A DNA stretch of 64,000 bases from an uncultured Lachnospiraceae bacterium (GCA_944380185.1 CALWGV010000111.1:15362-79361); one strand, 5' to 3'. Positions 18,162 through 28,025 are shown, counted from the stretch's first letter. The notes: a model not told the origin generated them from the sequence alone. A program made the numbers and translations.

Positions 18162-18836
18162 ATGAGACCTCAAGCGATGATCCGGATTGTTGTGGACTGT
18201 GCTATGACAGTATTCCTGATGCTTTTGATGGCTTCTGAGCTTTTGGGACGCTTTGCCCACGAGTGGATTGGAACCGCCATGTTTGTCCTGTTTATTCTTC
18301 ACCATGCAGTGAACCGGCGATGGACGAAAAATCTTTTTCGGGGAAAATATACCCCTTACCGTGCCCTGCAGACTGTTTCGGCTGGTCTGGTACTCTTGAC
18401 TATGTGCTGCTCTGCAGCCGGTGCGCTGATTATGTCCCGCCATGTGTTTGCCTTTCTTCCGATTCACGGGGGGCGCAGTTTTGGCAGAGTAGCCCATCTG
18501 ATCGGAGCATACTGGGGCTTTGTATTGATGGCGTTTCATCTGGGAATTCACTGGAATGGGATGATGGCCATGGGCAGACGAATAGTGCAGCCATCTGCAG
18601 TGCGGGCCAGGATTCTGCGTATTTTGGCGGCAGCCATAGCCTTGTACGGAATCTATGCTTTTTTTGCCCGCAGCATTCCGGACTATATGTTCCTCCGGAC
18701 GAGGTTTGTGTTTTTTGACTATGAGGAGCCGCTCCTTTTCTTCTTTTTGGACTATCTGGCGGTGATGGTGCTGTTTGCCTGGATCGGGTTTTACACGGCC
18801 AGAGCAGCGCAGCGGGTCGGACGCAAGAAAAAATAA
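18162..18836 (+). CDS. His-rich polytopic membrane protein (DUF4405-like)
   Basis: Start set at the Met behind RBS AAAGGAGAAAAGG. The longer ORF-track version (17775) overlaps the AKR gene. Several TM helices carry conserved-looking His residues (FAHEW, ILHHAVN, VAHLIG, AFHLGIHW). Confidence 0.5.
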   Translation: MRPQAMIRIVVDCAMTVFLMLLMASELLGRFAHEWIGTAMFVLFILHHAVNRRWTKNLFRGKYTPYRALQTVSAGLVLLTMCCSAAGALIMSRHVFAFLPIHGGRSFGRVAHLIGAYWGFVLMAFHLGIHWNGMMAMGRRIVQPSAVRARILRILAAAIALYGIYAFFARSIPDYMFLRTRFVFFDYEEPLLFFFLDYLAVMVLFAWIGFYTARAAQRVGRKKK

Positions 18837-18910
18837 GGAGCGAATATACAGGTTTATGTGAACAATAGTAGAAACATGGCAGCAAATATGCAAAAACAGG
18901 AAAGAGACAA

Positions 18911-18944
18911 AAGGAACCGACACGGCCTAGCCGTGTCGGTTCTT
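18911..18944. terminator. Bidirectional terminator between convergent genes
   Basis: GAACCGACACGGC-CTA-GCCGTGTCGGTTC perfect palindromic hairpin flanked by A and T runs. Confidence 0.7.
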
Positions 18945-18971
18945 AAGATATCCAGATCCTTTGGCTGCTGT

Positions 18972-20168
18972 TTATCTGCCGATCTCGTCTCTGGTCTCGC
19001 AGAAGCACTTGACAACGAAATCGATATCCTCCTTGGTATGGCTGGCGCAGACCTGTGTGCGGATTCTGGCCTTGCCCTTAGGAACTACCGGGTAGGAGAA
19101 AGCGACCACGTAGACGCCCTTTTCCATCATTTTGGCGGCGTATTCGGCTGCCAGATGTTCATCGTAGAGCATTACGGGCACGCAGGGATGGACGCCGTCG
19201 ATGATATCGAAGCCTTTTTCCACCAGCTGACTGCGGTAGTATGCCGTGATCTCCTCCAGATGGTCGCGAAGCTCGGTGCTCTCCTCCAGCATGTTAAACA
19301 TCTCGATGCTTGCGCCGGCGATGGCGGGAGCCAGGGAGTTGGAGAACAGGTAGGGGCGGCTTCTCTGGCGCAGCAAATCGATGATTTCCTTGCGCCCGGA
19401 GGTGTATCCGCCGGAAGCTCCGCCCAGGGCCTTGCCCAGGGTGCCGGTGATAATGTCCACGCGTCCCTCCACGCCGCAGTATTCCGCCGTGCCGCGGCCA
19501 TGCTTTCCCACAAAGCCCACGGCATGGCTGTCGTCCACCATCACCAGAGCGTGATACTTGTCCGCCAGATCACAGACCCCTTTCAGGTTACAGATAATGC
19601 CGTCCATGGAGAAGACACCGTCGGTGGCGATCAGTTTGATTCTGGCCCCGTCGGCGTCAGCTGCCTGAAGTTTAGCCTCCAGATCTTCCATGCTGTTGTT
19701 TTTGTAGCGGCACCGTTTGGCCTTGCACAGCCGCACGCCGTCGATGATGGAAGCGTGATTGAGTTCATCGCTGATTACTGCGTCCTGATCGGTGAGAATC
19801 GTCTCGAACAAACCGCCGTTGGCATCGAAACAGGAGGAATAGAGAATTGTGTCGTCAGTCCCCAGAAAATCAGAAATCTTTTTCTCCAGCTTTTTGTGGA
19901 TATCCTGGGTGCCGCAGATGAAGCGCACGGAAGCCACGCCGAAGCCTTTTTCATCGTAGGTCTTTTTGGCCGCTTCGATCAGGCGGGGACTGTCACCCAG
20001 CCCCAGATAGTTGTTGGCGCACATGCACAACAGCTCTCTGCCATCCTCCATTTTTACCCGGGCGCCCTGAGGGGATACAAAGGGAGCCTCCCCCTTGAAC
20101 AGACCTGCGGCCCGAATATCGTCCACTTCTTTTGCATAGATGCTCAAAATATCGTCTTTACGTGCCAT
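18972..20168 (-). CDS. kbl: Glycine C-acetyltransferase (2-amino-3-ketobutyrate CoA ligase)
   Basis: Class-II aminotransferase fold with FSMDG and the PLP-lysine motif TLGKALGG. Sits immediately downstream of tdh. Confidence 0.9.
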   Translation of the reverse strand: MARKDDILSIYAKEVDDIRAAGLFKGEAPFVSPQGARVKMEDGRELLCMCANNYLGLGDSPRLIEAAKKTYDEKGFGVASVRFICGTQDIHKKLEKKISDFLGTDDTILYSSCFDANGGLFETILTDQDAVISDELNHASIIDGVRLCKAKRCRYKNNSMEDLEAKLQAADADGARIKLIATDGVFSMDGIICNLKGVCDLADKYHALVMVDDSHAVGFVGKHGRGTAEYCGVEGRVDIITGTLGKALGGASGGYTSGRKEIIDLLRQRSRPYLFSNSLAPAIAGASIEMFNMLEESTELRDHLEEITAYYRSQLVEKGFDIIDGVHPCVPVMLYDEHLAAEYAAKMMEKGVYVVAFSYPVVPKGKARIRTQVCASHTKEDIDFVVKCFCETRDEIGR

Positions 20169-20188
20169 TTTTCGTCTCCTTTTCCTGA

Positions 20189-21241
20189 TTAGTCGTTGAT
20201 GTGAGACCAGTCCAAAATCACTTTGCCGGACTGGCCGGAAATCATGGCCTCGAATCCCTTCTCATAGTCGCGGATATCGAACCGATGGGTGATGATGGGA
20301 GAAATGTCGAGGCCGGCCTGGATCATGGTGGACATTTTGTACCAGGTATCCCAGACCTTGCGCCCGTAGATGCCGCGAATATTCAGTCCGTTGAAGATCA
20401 CGGTCTCCAGATCCACCACAGTTCTGGTTCCCTGCAGGCCCAGGAGGGCAATCTTGCCGCCGTGCTTCATGTTGTGAATCATGTCGGAAAGGCCGGACTG
20501 GCTTCCAGACATTTCCAGACCGATATCAAAGCCCTCGGTCATGCCGATGACCTTCATCACATCCTGGAGCTTTTCGTCTTTCAGATTGACCGTCCGGGTG
20601 GCGCCGAGTTTGCGGGCCAGATCCAGGCGGTAAGGGTTCATGTCCGTCACCACCACATGTCTTGCGCCGGCAAATTTGGCGATGGCGGCTGCCATAATTC
20701 CGATGGGACCTGCGCCGGTGATCAGCACATCCTCTCCCAGCATGTCGTAGGAGAGAGCAGCGTGGGTGGCGTTGCCGAAGGGATCAAAGATAGCGTAGAG
20801 TTCCTCGGGGATAGCCGGATTGCAGGGCCATACATTGGAGGAAGGGATCACCAGGTATTCAGCAAAAGCACCATTGCGGTTGACGCCTACACCTTTGGCG
20901 TCCTTGCAGTTTTCCTTATGGCCTTCCAGACAGTTGCGGCATTTGCCGCAGGTGATATGACCCTCGCCGGATACCAGGTCGCCGATATGGTAGCCCTGTA
21001 CGCCGGCGCCTACCTCCACCACCTCGCCTACGTATTCGTGACCTGCCGTCAGGCCGATGGGGATGGTGTGCTGTGCCCACTCGTTCCACTGGTAGATATG
21101 TACATCTGTGCCGCAGATGGCAGTCTTGTGAATCTTGATCTTTACATCATTGGGACCAACCTCAGGAATGGGCACGCGTTTCATCCAGAGGCCCTGCGCC
21201 GGCTGCTCTTTAACTAACGCCCACATTGTCTGATCATTCAT
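20189..21241 (-). CDS. tdh: L-threonine 3-dehydrogenase
   Basis: Zn-ADH motifs [12 protein letters not shown] and CGKCRNC, and a GAGPIG Rossmann motif. Operonic with kbl. Confidence 0.9.
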   Translation of the reverse strand: MNDQTMWALVKEQPAQGLWMKRVPIPEVGPNDVKIKIHKTAICGTDVHIYQWNEWAQHTIPIGLTAGHEYVGEVVEVGAGVQGYHIGDLVSGEGHITCGKCRNCLEGHKENCKDAKGVGVNRNGAFAEYLVIPSSNVWPCNPAIPEELYAIFDPFGNATHAALSYDMLGEDVLITGAGPIGIMAAAIAKFAGARHVVVTDMNPYRLDLARKLGATRTVNLKDEKLQDVMKVIGMTEGFDIGLEMSGSQSGLSDMIHNMKHGGKIALLGLQGTRTVVDLETVIFNGLNIRGIYGRKVWDTWYKMSTMIQAGLDISPIITHRFDIRDYEKGFEAMISGQSGKVILDWSHIND

Positions 21242-21487
21242 AGGTATTCTTCCTCCATGAAAATTATTATTTGAATCCTCTGCTTACATAGTACCCCAAA
21301 GCGAAAAGGTTTTCAACTATTTTTGGAAAGCGCAGAACGCGGGAATAAGGCCGGAAAATGTGATGAGAATCAACTTGAATAAAACGGCCATCTGTGATAC
21401 CGTATAGCTGTTAAATAAAAGCCGGCGGCGCTTTTTGAAAAGATAAGCCGGACAGCCCTAAAAAGAAAGCGGGAGTGTTTTTCTCAG

Positions 21488-22291
21488 ATGAAAACGGACG
21501 AGATCGTGACGGGGATGGCAGATGAGAGCATGGTATTGGAGACGGCCATGGAGGCTGGCCATATCCTTTTGGAAAACGGTGCGGAGATCTTTCGCGTGGA
21601 GGAGACAATGGACCGGATCTGCCGCCATTTCGGAGTAAAATCAGACAACTTTTTTGTCCTGAGCAACGGAATATTTGCCACCGGCGGAGACGGAAAGGAG
21701 AGGACCTTTGCCAAGGTCCAGCATATTCCGGTGCGAGCAGCCAGGCTGGATCGGGTGGTGGCGGTCAATCAACTGTCCAGGGAGGTGGAGGAAAAAAACC
21801 TTACCATCGGTGAAGTGCAGGCGAGACTCAGACAGATTCAAGACATGCCCGGCAAATCGGAGCTCATGCAGATACTGGCTTCGGGCGTGGGAAGCGGCTG
21901 TTTTTGCTATCTGTTCGGCGGAAGTCTGATGGACAGCGCGGCTGCTTTTGCGGCCGGTCTCATCCTGTATGTCTATGTGCTCAGGGTGAGCAGCCCCCAT
22001 TTGTCTAAGATCGTGGGAAATATCGGCGGCGGCGCCCTGGTGACGCTCATCTGCATTCTGTGCTATCGTCTGGGTTTTGGCGAACATTTGAATCACATGA
22101 TTATCGGCTCTATTATCCCCCTGGTGCCGGGTGTACCCTTTACCAATGGGATTCGGGATATTGCGGATGGAGACTATATCTCCGGAGCAGTGAGGCTTCT
22201 GGATGCTATATTGGTCTTCCTCTGCATTGCCATTGGCGTGGGAGTGATGTTTACACTGTACCGCCGGCTGACAGGAGGGGCAATGCTATGA
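21488..22291 (+). CDS. Threonine/serine exporter family protein (ThrE N-terminal, DUF1212 type)
   Basis: Soluble N-terminal region (ALEAGHILLENGAEIFRVEETM) followed by TM helices. Family recalled from memory. Confidence 0.75.
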   Translation: MKTDEIVTGMADESMVLETAMEAGHILLENGAEIFRVEETMDRICRHFGVKSDNFFVLSNGIFATGGDGKERTFAKVQHIPVRAARLDRVVAVNQLSREVEEKNLTIGEVQARLRQIQDMPGKSELMQILASGVGSGCFCYLFGGSLMDSAAAFAAGLILYVYVLRVSSPHLSKIVGNIGGGALVTLICILCYRLGFGEHLNHMIIGSIIPLVPGVPFTNGIRDIADGDYISGAVRLLDAILVFLCIAIGVGVMFTLYRRLTGGAML

Positions 22292-22734
22292 ACGCGGCAG
22301 GCGAAGTGGCGGCGGCAGCCGTGGGAACGGTAGCTTTTTCTTTGATTTTCGGCGTACCTAAAAAATTTTATCCCTATTGCGGGCTCATCGGCGGAGCGGG
22401 ATGGCTTGTCTATGCGCTTTTGTATGACTCGGGTATCTGTACGGCGGCAGAGGCTACCTTTCTGGCCACAGTGCTGGTAGTTATCCTGTCTCGCTTTTTT
22501 GCCGTGCGGGAGAAATGCCCGGTGACGGTATTTCTGATCTCCGGTATTTTTCCCCTGGTGCCGGGAGCCGGGATATACTGGACGGCTTATTACCTGGTGA
22601 CAGATCAGCTTGCGCTTTCTCTGGCGACGGGATTTGATGCAGTGAAGGCCGCGGTAGCTATTGTTCTGGCCATCGTAATTGTCTTTGAACTGCCTTACCG
22701 TTTCTTTCGGCTGGCTAAGAGGAGGAGACCGTAG
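22288..22734 (+). CDS. Threonine/serine exporter family protein (DUF3815 type partner)
   Basis: Start at the ATG overlapping the upstream stop (ATGA context). Four or five TM helices. This is the usual two-gene ThrE arrangement. Confidence 0.7.
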   Translation: MNAAGEVAAAAVGTVAFSLIFGVPKKFYPYCGLIGGAGWLVYALLYDSGICTAAEATFLATVLVVILSRFFAVREKCPVTVFLISGIFPLVPGAGIYWTAYYLVTDQLALSLATGFDAVKAAVAIVLAIVIVFELPYRFFRLAKRRRP

Positions 22735-24266
22735 AGCAGCGCGAGCAGAGTGCAGGATAGGGCCAGCCTGATGACCTGATGGGCGATCACCGGGGCGATT
22801 ATCGCCTCGGTAATTTTTTGGGAGACGAAAGCGGCTATTCCCAGAGCGCCCAGAGGGCGCAGCAGATGATGAAATGCGCTGTAATGTATGCGGGCCAGGC
22901 GGCTGGCTGCGGCAAGGTGAAGAACAGTGAGCAGAAGTTCTCCGAAGAGAAGACCGTACAGGTAGCCCCGGATGCCGATGAGCGGCACCAGTATCAAAAT
23001 GAAGATCAGCTGAGCGGCCAGACAGGCGATGCTGTGGCCGAAGGTAGCCCGGGTCTGTCCCAGTCCGTTTAAGATACTGCCCAGAGTGGTGGAAAGATAG
23101 AGAAAGGGACAGAGCCAGGCCAGGGTCGTAATGTAGCTGCCTGCCAGCGTGCTGGAGAAAAGAATTTCTCCCATATCTGTACCGTAAAAGAGAAAAAGTC
23201 CGGTGCATAAAATCCCCAGATACAGGCTGCAGGTGACGGTGCGGCTGGCGGTAAGGTCAATGCGCTGCTGGTTTCCCATAGACTGAGACTGGGCCATGTC
23301 CGGCAGAAGCATGACGGAGACGGAGTTGATCACCGCTGAGGGGAAGAGGATAAAAGGATAAGCCATACCTGTCAGCACGCCGTAAATGCTCAGTGCCTGC
23401 GTATCAGTCAGACCATAGAGCTTCAGGCGGCTGGGAATCAGGACAGCCTCTGCACTTTGCAATAGACTGAGGCACAGCCTGGTGGCAGCAAGGGGCAGAG
23501 CCAGCGTGAGAATTTTGGGCAGGTAGAGAAAAGGGGAATGGTATTCTCTGCCTTTTTGGCGGCGGATCAGATAGGAGGTGCCGGAAAAGCACAAGGAGGC
23601 AAATTCGCCAAAGACCATGCCCCATACGGCCACAGTCACTGTTACCTCCTGCCCCTGTTCTGTCATCACAGAGGAGATCAGAAAGACAGAAATGACCCGG
23701 ACTGCCTGCTCAGCCAGCTGGGCCAAGGCAGGAATATAGGCTTTTTGAAGACCGTAATAATAGCCGCTGATGCAGCAGTGCAGAGAGCTTATGGGAACGG
23801 TCAGCGCCATCAGACGCAGCAGACTGCCGCATCGGGGTTCCAGCAGGATGCGGTCGGCAATAATCTCGGAGCCCGCATACAGGATGACGGCGCAGACGCA
23901 GGCCAGAGAGAAGGACAAAAGAAGACCGGCCAGAAGGACAGATTCCGGGGAACCTTCTCTGCCTTTGCCTGTCCCAAGTCTGCTTTCCTTTGAACTTGTG
24001 CGGGGAATTACATTCTGGGCCGCCACATATCGGGAGATAGCTGTCTGGACCGGTCCGCAGCACAGAGAAAAGCAGATGCTGAAAACGGGGGTGATCAGCT
24101 GATATACGCCTATTCCCTCGGCTCCAATCTGCTGGGACAAAAAGATACGGTAAAAAAAGCCGATAATGCGGCTCAAAAAACCGGCCAGAGTAAGGGCGAT
24201 GGTGCCGGTCAGTATAGGATTGTGCTTCCAGCTGGGCAGAGAGGAGGGCATGGCAGGCTCCGTCAA
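22695..24266 (-). CDS. MOP-superfamily polysaccharide/lipid II flippase (SpoVB/MurJ-like)
   Basis: 523 aa with about 14 TM helices. The N-terminal GTIALTLAGFLSRIIGFFYRIFLSQQIGAEGIGVYQL is typical of SpoVB-like proteins. Confidence 0.7.
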   Translation of the reverse strand: MTEPAMPSSLPSWKHNPILTGTIALTLAGFLSRIIGFFYRIFLSQQIGAEGIGVYQLITPVFSICFSLCCGPVQTAISRYVAAQNVIPRTSSKESRLGTGKGREGSPESVLLAGLLLSFSLACVCAVILYAGSEIIADRILLEPRCGSLLRLMALTVPISSLHCCISGYYYGLQKAYIPALAQLAEQAVRVISVFLISSVMTEQGQEVTVTVAVWGMVFGEFASLCFSGTSYLIRRQKGREYHSPFLYLPKILTLALPLAATRLCLSLLQSAEAVLIPSRLKLYGLTDTQALSIYGVLTGMAYPFILFPSAVINSVSVMLLPDMAQSQSMGNQQRIDLTASRTVTCSLYLGILCTGLFLFYGTDMGEILFSSTLAGSYITTLAWLCPFLYLSTTLGSILNGLGQTRATFGHSIACLAAQLIFILILVPLIGIRGYLYGLLFGELLLTVLHLAAASRLARIHYSAFHHLLRPLGALGIAAFVSQKITEAIIAPVIAHQVIRLALSCTLLALLYGLLLLASRKKR

Positions 24267-24360
24267 GGATGATTGGTATAGTCTATGAGGCGGAAGAGCC
24301 GGATATGACGAAGCCTGATTGGCGTCAAATGGAGATCTGCCCAGAGAAAAAGCCAGGCTC

Positions 24361-24612
24361 TCACCTGACTTTTATCTTTTCGTAGACTTCATTGAGCCAG
24401 TTTATCGCCTGATCAAGGCCATCCTCATCGAAGGAAAACCGGCAGCTGAACTTTTCTTCCTGTGTGTAGTCGAAGGCAAAGGGCTCTGGCCAGGCCCATA
24501 CCTCTAATCCGCTGTCCCCTTTCTCCAGCATAAAACGCATCCCCCGGTGGGAGCCGTTGAACCGTGCCTTAGCCAGATAGCCCAGAGACAGAATATCTTC
24601 CCTTTTAAGCAT
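24361..24612 (-). CDS. Conserved hypothetical protein (83 aa)
   Basis: Start overlaps the stop of the upstream HTH gene by 8 nt. No recognisable motif. Confidence 0.45.
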   Translation of the reverse strand: MLKREDILSLGYLAKARFNGSHRGMRFMLEKGDSGLEVWAWPEPFAFDYTQEEKFSCRFSFDEDGLDQAINWLNEVYEKIKVR

Positions 24613-24847
24613 TTTTTTGCTCCTCTATGGCTGCTTCTGCTTTGTCATCCACGTATTCCAGCAAATCTCCCGGCTGGCAGTGGAGAGCTTCGCATATTTT
24701 GTCCAGTGTCTGAAAACGGATCGCCTTTGCTTTGCCGGTTTTGAGAATCGACATGTTCGCCATAGTGATTCCTACCTTTTCAGACAGCTCGGTAAGGCTC
24801 ATCTTGCGGCGAGCCATCATCACGTCCAGATTTAATCGTATCGCCAT
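24605..24847 (-). CDS. XRE/Cro-type HTH transcriptional regulator (YozG-like)
   Basis: NLDVMMARRKMSLTELSEKVGITMANMSILKTGKAKAIRFQTLDKICEALHCQPGDLLEY is the classic YozG-like pattern. Confidence 0.85.
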   Translation of the reverse strand: MAIRLNLDVMMARRKMSLTELSEKVGITMANMSILKTGKAKAIRFQTLDKICEALHCQPGDLLEYVDDKAEAAIEEQKNA

Positions 24848-24856
24848 CTCATCACC

Positions 24857-25354
24857 TCAAATCGTCAGACGGTTTTCTTCGTCCATATCGCTGGCCTTAT
24901 AAATCAAATGGGATAAAGTTATCGCAGCTACAGCCACCGCCAGCCCGATAAAAATGAGAAGCAGAGAGAAGATGGGAACGCCCATCGGATAGACCTGCAG
25001 ATTGTTCCACTCATTGATTATGGCGTAGACGATATTCCCCACGAAAAGCAGGCCGCAGTCGATCAGAGAGTACTGCGCGATATAGATAAAAGATTTTGCA
25101 TTTTCTGCGCAAAAAGGCTGTCCTTTTCCGATTCGGACGCAGACCTTCCATGCTTCAATGAGCATCAGATAAACCAGTGCGCCCAGCACCCAGATGACAA
25201 TCAGACAGGGCCAGAACAAAAAGGATGCCTCCGGCGTATTAATGACGGCTCTGTGTCCCATGGTGGGAACCACTAAAAACAGAAGTACACCCAACAACAG
25301 CGCAAACACAATGATAATCGCTTTCAGCCAGGACACCAGCGTCTTCTGCTGCAT
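24857..25354 (-). CDS. DUF2975-like membrane protein
   Basis: Four TM helices. Sits directly upstream of a YozG-like HTH, the usual DUF2975 pairing. Confidence 0.65.
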   Translation of the reverse strand: MQQKTLVSWLKAIIIVFALLLGVLLFLVVPTMGHRAVINTPEASFLFWPCLIVIWVLGALVYLMLIEAWKVCVRIGKGQPFCAENAKSFIYIAQYSLIDCGLLFVGNIVYAIINEWNNLQVYPMGVPIFSLLLIFIGLAVAVAAITLSHLIYKASDMDEENRLTI

Positions 25355-25401
25355 AACCTTATACCTCCCGCTGTATTTGTTAAATGCAAATGAATGAGCT
25401 T

Positions 25402-25457
25402 ATTATAGTATTAGATTGGATAAAAGTCAATTTATTTTTATCGTCTTTCGATAAAAA
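25402..25457 (-). promoter_or_regulatory. Promoter of the DUF2975 operon with an upstream 9-5-9 inverted repeat
   Basis: On the minus strand: TTGACT (25430..25425), 17-nt spacer, TATAAT (25407..25402). TTTTTATCG-TCTTT-CGATAAAAA lies at 25435..25457, just upstream of the -35. Confidence 0.45.
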
Positions 25458-25540
25458 GAGAGGCTGGCCGGGTACAATCCGCCTATACCTGGCTTGAATC
25501 TGTCCCTCAGCGGGTTTCGGAAGTTTTTTGAAAACGTATA

Positions 25541-25570
25541 TTGACAACAGCTGTTTCTTTGTTGTATAAT
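25541..25570 (+). promoter_or_regulatory. Sigma-A type promoter for tRNA-Thr(CGU)
   Basis: TTGACA (25541..25546), 18-nt spacer, TATAAT (25565..25570). Confidence 0.55.
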
Positions 25571-25602
25571 ACTGCTTGTCGCGTTGAGCGGCAGATCAGA
25601 GT

Positions 25603-25675
25603 GCTACTGTGGCTCAGTTGGTAGAGCAGCTGATTCGTAATCAGCAGGTCAGGGGTTCGAGTCCCCTCAGTAGCT
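25603..25675 (+). tRNA. tRNA-Thr (anticodon CGU)
   Basis: Perfect cloverleaf. Acceptor GCTACTG/CAGTAGC, D arm GCTC-AGTTGGTA-GAGC, anticodon stem GCTGA/TCAGC with loop TTCGTAA, T arm AGGGG-TTCGAGT-CCCCT. Confidence 0.92.
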
Positions 25676-25681
25676 TTGCAG

Positions 25682-25707
25682 GCCTTTGCATAAGCAGAGG
25701 CTTTTTT
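25682..25707 (+). terminator. Rho-independent terminator after tRNA-Thr(CGU)
   Basis: GCCTTTGC-ATAA-GCAGAGGC followed by TTTTTT. Confidence 0.65.
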
Positions 25708-25851
25708 GTTTAATATCCAAGCTTTGCTGCGGACAGTTAGCCCTTGCCGCCTGCCGCATGGCAGAGTTATAATATCCACAAAAAAATAGCAGGAAGAGTC
25801 ATCCGGCAGACTGCAGGGTCTGCCGCCTGCCTGAAGAGAAGGGTTGGTATT

Positions 25852-26334
25852 ATGTCGATTGATCGCGTAAAAGATTATTTTCGTCAGTGGAATATAGAAG
25901 ACAGAATTCAGGAATTTTCCACCTCCAGCGCCACAGTGGCCTTGGCGGCCCAGGCTTTGGGAGTGGCCGAGCAGAGAATTGCCAAGACACTTTCTTTCCA
26001 ATCTGGTGAAGGGTGTATTCTGGTGGTGGCCGCCGGCGATGCCAAGATTGACAACAGCCGCTTCAAGGCGTCCTTTGGCATGAAAGCGAAGATGCTTTCC
26101 CCCGACGAGGTTTCCCGTCTGGTGGGACATGATATCGGCGGCGTATGTCCCTTTGCGGTAAACGACACTGTCGAAGCGATTTATCTGGATGAGTCGCTGA
26201 GACGCTTTGACACAGTCTATCCGGCCTGCGGAAGTGCATCCAGCGCCATAAGACTGTCCTGCGATGAGCTGGAAAAATACGCCCATGCCGCCGGCTGGGT
26301 GGATGTCTGCAAGGGATGGCGCCAGGAGGCGTAA
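25852..26334 (+). CDS. YbaK/EbsC-type aminoacyl-tRNA deacylase domain protein
   Basis: Start at the internal Met (MSIDRVKDYF...). Contains ...IAKTLSF..., VVAAGDAKID and GGVCPF, typical of the YbaK/ProX editing domain. The upstream ORF extension overlaps the promoter region. Confidence 0.75.
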   Translation: MSIDRVKDYFRQWNIEDRIQEFSTSSATVALAAQALGVAEQRIAKTLSFQSGEGCILVVAAGDAKIDNSRFKASFGMKAKMLSPDEVSRLVGHDIGGVCPFAVNDTVEAIYLDESLRRFDTVYPACGSASSAIRLSCDELEKYAHAAGWVDVCKGWRQEA

Positions 26335-26368
26335 TGGTTCAAGGGACTGTTCGGAAGCGATCTGCTGC

Positions 26369-26402
26369 GGGCCGGGATTTTTTGTAGAAAACATCCCGGC
26401 CC
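26369..26402 (+). terminator. Rho-independent terminator after ybaK-like gene
   Basis: GGGCCGGGAT...ATCCCGGCCC 10-bp stem followed by TTTGCCTTT. Confidence 0.65.
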
Positions 26403-26467
26403 TTTGCCTTTCACATCCGTCCGCTGCATCCATACTATAGAATATAGAAAATATAAAAGGAGTATCC

Positions 26468-27244
26468 ATGGATGCAATGTTATCTCTGAGCCATGTAAGC
26501 TTCTCCTACCACACATTGGGCGGAGAGACGCTGGCACTTTATGACATTTCGTTTTCGGTAGGCTTCGGAGAGTTTGCGGCGATTGTCGGCCCGTCAGGCT
26601 GCGGCAAATCCACCCTCCTTTCTCTCATATGCGGGCTGATCCGGCCGGAGAGCGGTCAGATCATCATGGCAGGTGCGCGGAAAAACCAGACGGACGACGG
26701 TTCGCCGGGCATCGGATATATGCTGCAGAGAGATCATCTCTTCGAATGGCGAACGGTGTATGACAACGTTCTGCTGGGCCTGGAAATACAAAAAAAGCTG
26801 ACGCCTGAAAAGCGCAGACGGGTAGAAGAAATGCTGGATACCTACGGTTTGTCGGCCTTTGCCGGGATGAAGCCTTCCGCCCTTTCCGGCGGAATGAAGC
26901 AGAGGGCAGCGCTGATCCGCACTCTGGCACTGGATCCTGAGCTGCTGCTTTTGGATGAGCCCTTTTCCGCTCTGGATTATCAGACAAGGCTGGAGGTGGC
27001 CGACGATATCGGCATGATTATTCGCCGGGAGGGCAAGACGGCTATTCTGGTGACGCATGATCTGTCCGAGGCTATCAGCATGGCCGACCGCGTTATCGTT
27101 CTCAGCAGGAGACCGGGGCAGGTCAAAAGCATCATTCCGATTTCTTTCCCGGCCGAATATGACACTCCGCTGAAAAAGCGGAACGCTGAACAATTTTCCC
27201 ACTATTTTAATCTGATATGGAAGGAGCTGAAACAATATGGATAA
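26468..27244 (+). CDS. ABC transporter ATP-binding protein (NitT/TauT, aliphatic sulfonate/nitrate type)
   Basis: Walker A GPSGCGKST, signature LSGGMKQR, Walker B LLLLDEPFSALD. Confidence 0.9.
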   Translation: MDAMLSLSHVSFSYHTLGGETLALYDISFSVGFGEFAAIVGPSGCGKSTLLSLICGLIRPESGQIIMAGARKNQTDDGSPGIGYMLQRDHLFEWRTVYDNVLLGLEIQKKLTPEKRRRVEEMLDTYGLSAFAGMKPSALSGGMKQRAALIRTLALDPELLLLDEPFSALDYQTRLEVADDIGMIIRREGKTAILVTHDLSEAISMADRVIVLSRRPGQVKSIIPISFPAEYDTPLKKRNAEQFSHYFNLIWKELKQYG

Positions 27245-28025
27245 GATTTCCGCGGCTCAACAGAAATTCCTGCGCGACCGAAATTTCCATCGCAAAAAGA
27301 TCCTTCTTCTGCGCTTCCTGCTGCTTGTCTGCCTGTTAGCTGTCTGGGAGATTGCCTCCCGCACGGGATTTATCAACTCCTTCATCTTCAGCAGCCCCAG
27401 CCGCATTATCCTGACTGCCTGGCAAATGATGGCGGACGGAAGCTTATGGCTCCATCTGGGCGTAACTTTGGGGGAGACTCTGGTAAGCTTTTTGGCGGTT
27501 ACCCTTTTCGGACTGATGACGGCTGTTTTTTTGTGGCTCTTTCCCTCTGTTTCAGAGGTACTGGAGCCTTATCTGGTTATGCTCAACAGCCTGCCGAAGT
27601 CCGCTCTGGCGCCTCTTTTGATTGTGTGGCTGGGCAACAATGTGCGCACCGTTATCGTGGCTGCCGTTTCGGTGGCCGTCTTTGGCTCTATTATCACCCT
27701 TCACACTGGTTTTCGGGAGATCGACAGTGATAAGGTCAAGCTGATTTATTCGTTGGGCGGGACCAAAAAAGATGTGATGTTTAAAGTCATCGTTCCCGGA
27801 TCTGTCCCTATGATTATCAGCAATATGAAGGTAAATGTAGGTCTGTGCCTGGTAGGAGTGATTATCGGAGAATTTTTGTCTGCCAAGGCAGGGTTAGGCT
27901 ATCTGATCATCTATTCCTCCCAGACTTTCCGGATGGACTGGATGCTGATGAGTATTGTGATTCTCTGTCTGCTGTCCACCGTTCTCTACCAGGGGATCCG
28001 TGTGCTGGAAAAGAAATTCGGATAA
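27237..28025 (+). CDS. ABC transporter permease (BPD-type, NitT/TauT family)
   Basis: Six TM helices. EAA-like loop LIYSLGGTKKDVMFKVIVPGSVP. Overlaps the ATPase stop. Confidence 0.85.
   Translation: MDKISAAQQKFLRDRNFHRKKILLLRFLLLVCLLAVWEIASRTGFINSFIFSSPSRIILTAWQMMADGSLWLHLGVTLGETLVSFLAVTLFGLMTAVFLWLFPSVSEVLEPYLVMLNSLPKSALAPLLIVWLGNNVRTVIVAAVSVAVFGSIITLHTGFREIDSDKVKLIYSLGGTKKDVMFKVIVPGSVPMIISNMKVNVGLCLVGVIIGEFLSAKAGLGYLIIYSSQTFRMDWMLMSIVILCLLSTVLYQGIRVLEKKFG

Noticed and set aside
18858-21217. Long plus-strand ORFs (444 aa at 18858..20192 and 338 aa at 20201..21217) opposite kbl and tdh
   Set aside because: They are exact antisense shadows of two genes with unmistakable catalytic motifs. Their translations are low-complexity (Ala/Gly/His/Val-rich) with no motifs or RBS. 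This is typical of GC-rich third-position bias.
21242-21487. T-box or other amino-acid-sensing leader linking the two tRNA-Thr genes to the tdh/kbl/thrE locus
   Set aside because: There is no T-box consensus (GGTGGTACCGCG-like) or specifier-loop architecture in the spacer. The co-occurrence of two tRNA-Thr genes and threonine metabolism genes in one 64-kb window is most simply coincidence.
25507-26469. 320-aa minus-strand ORF spanning the tRNA-Thr(CGU) gene and the ybaK-like gene
   Set aside because: It runs through a tRNA gene, its promoter and its terminator, and is antisense to a motif-bearing CDS. It is not a plausible gene.
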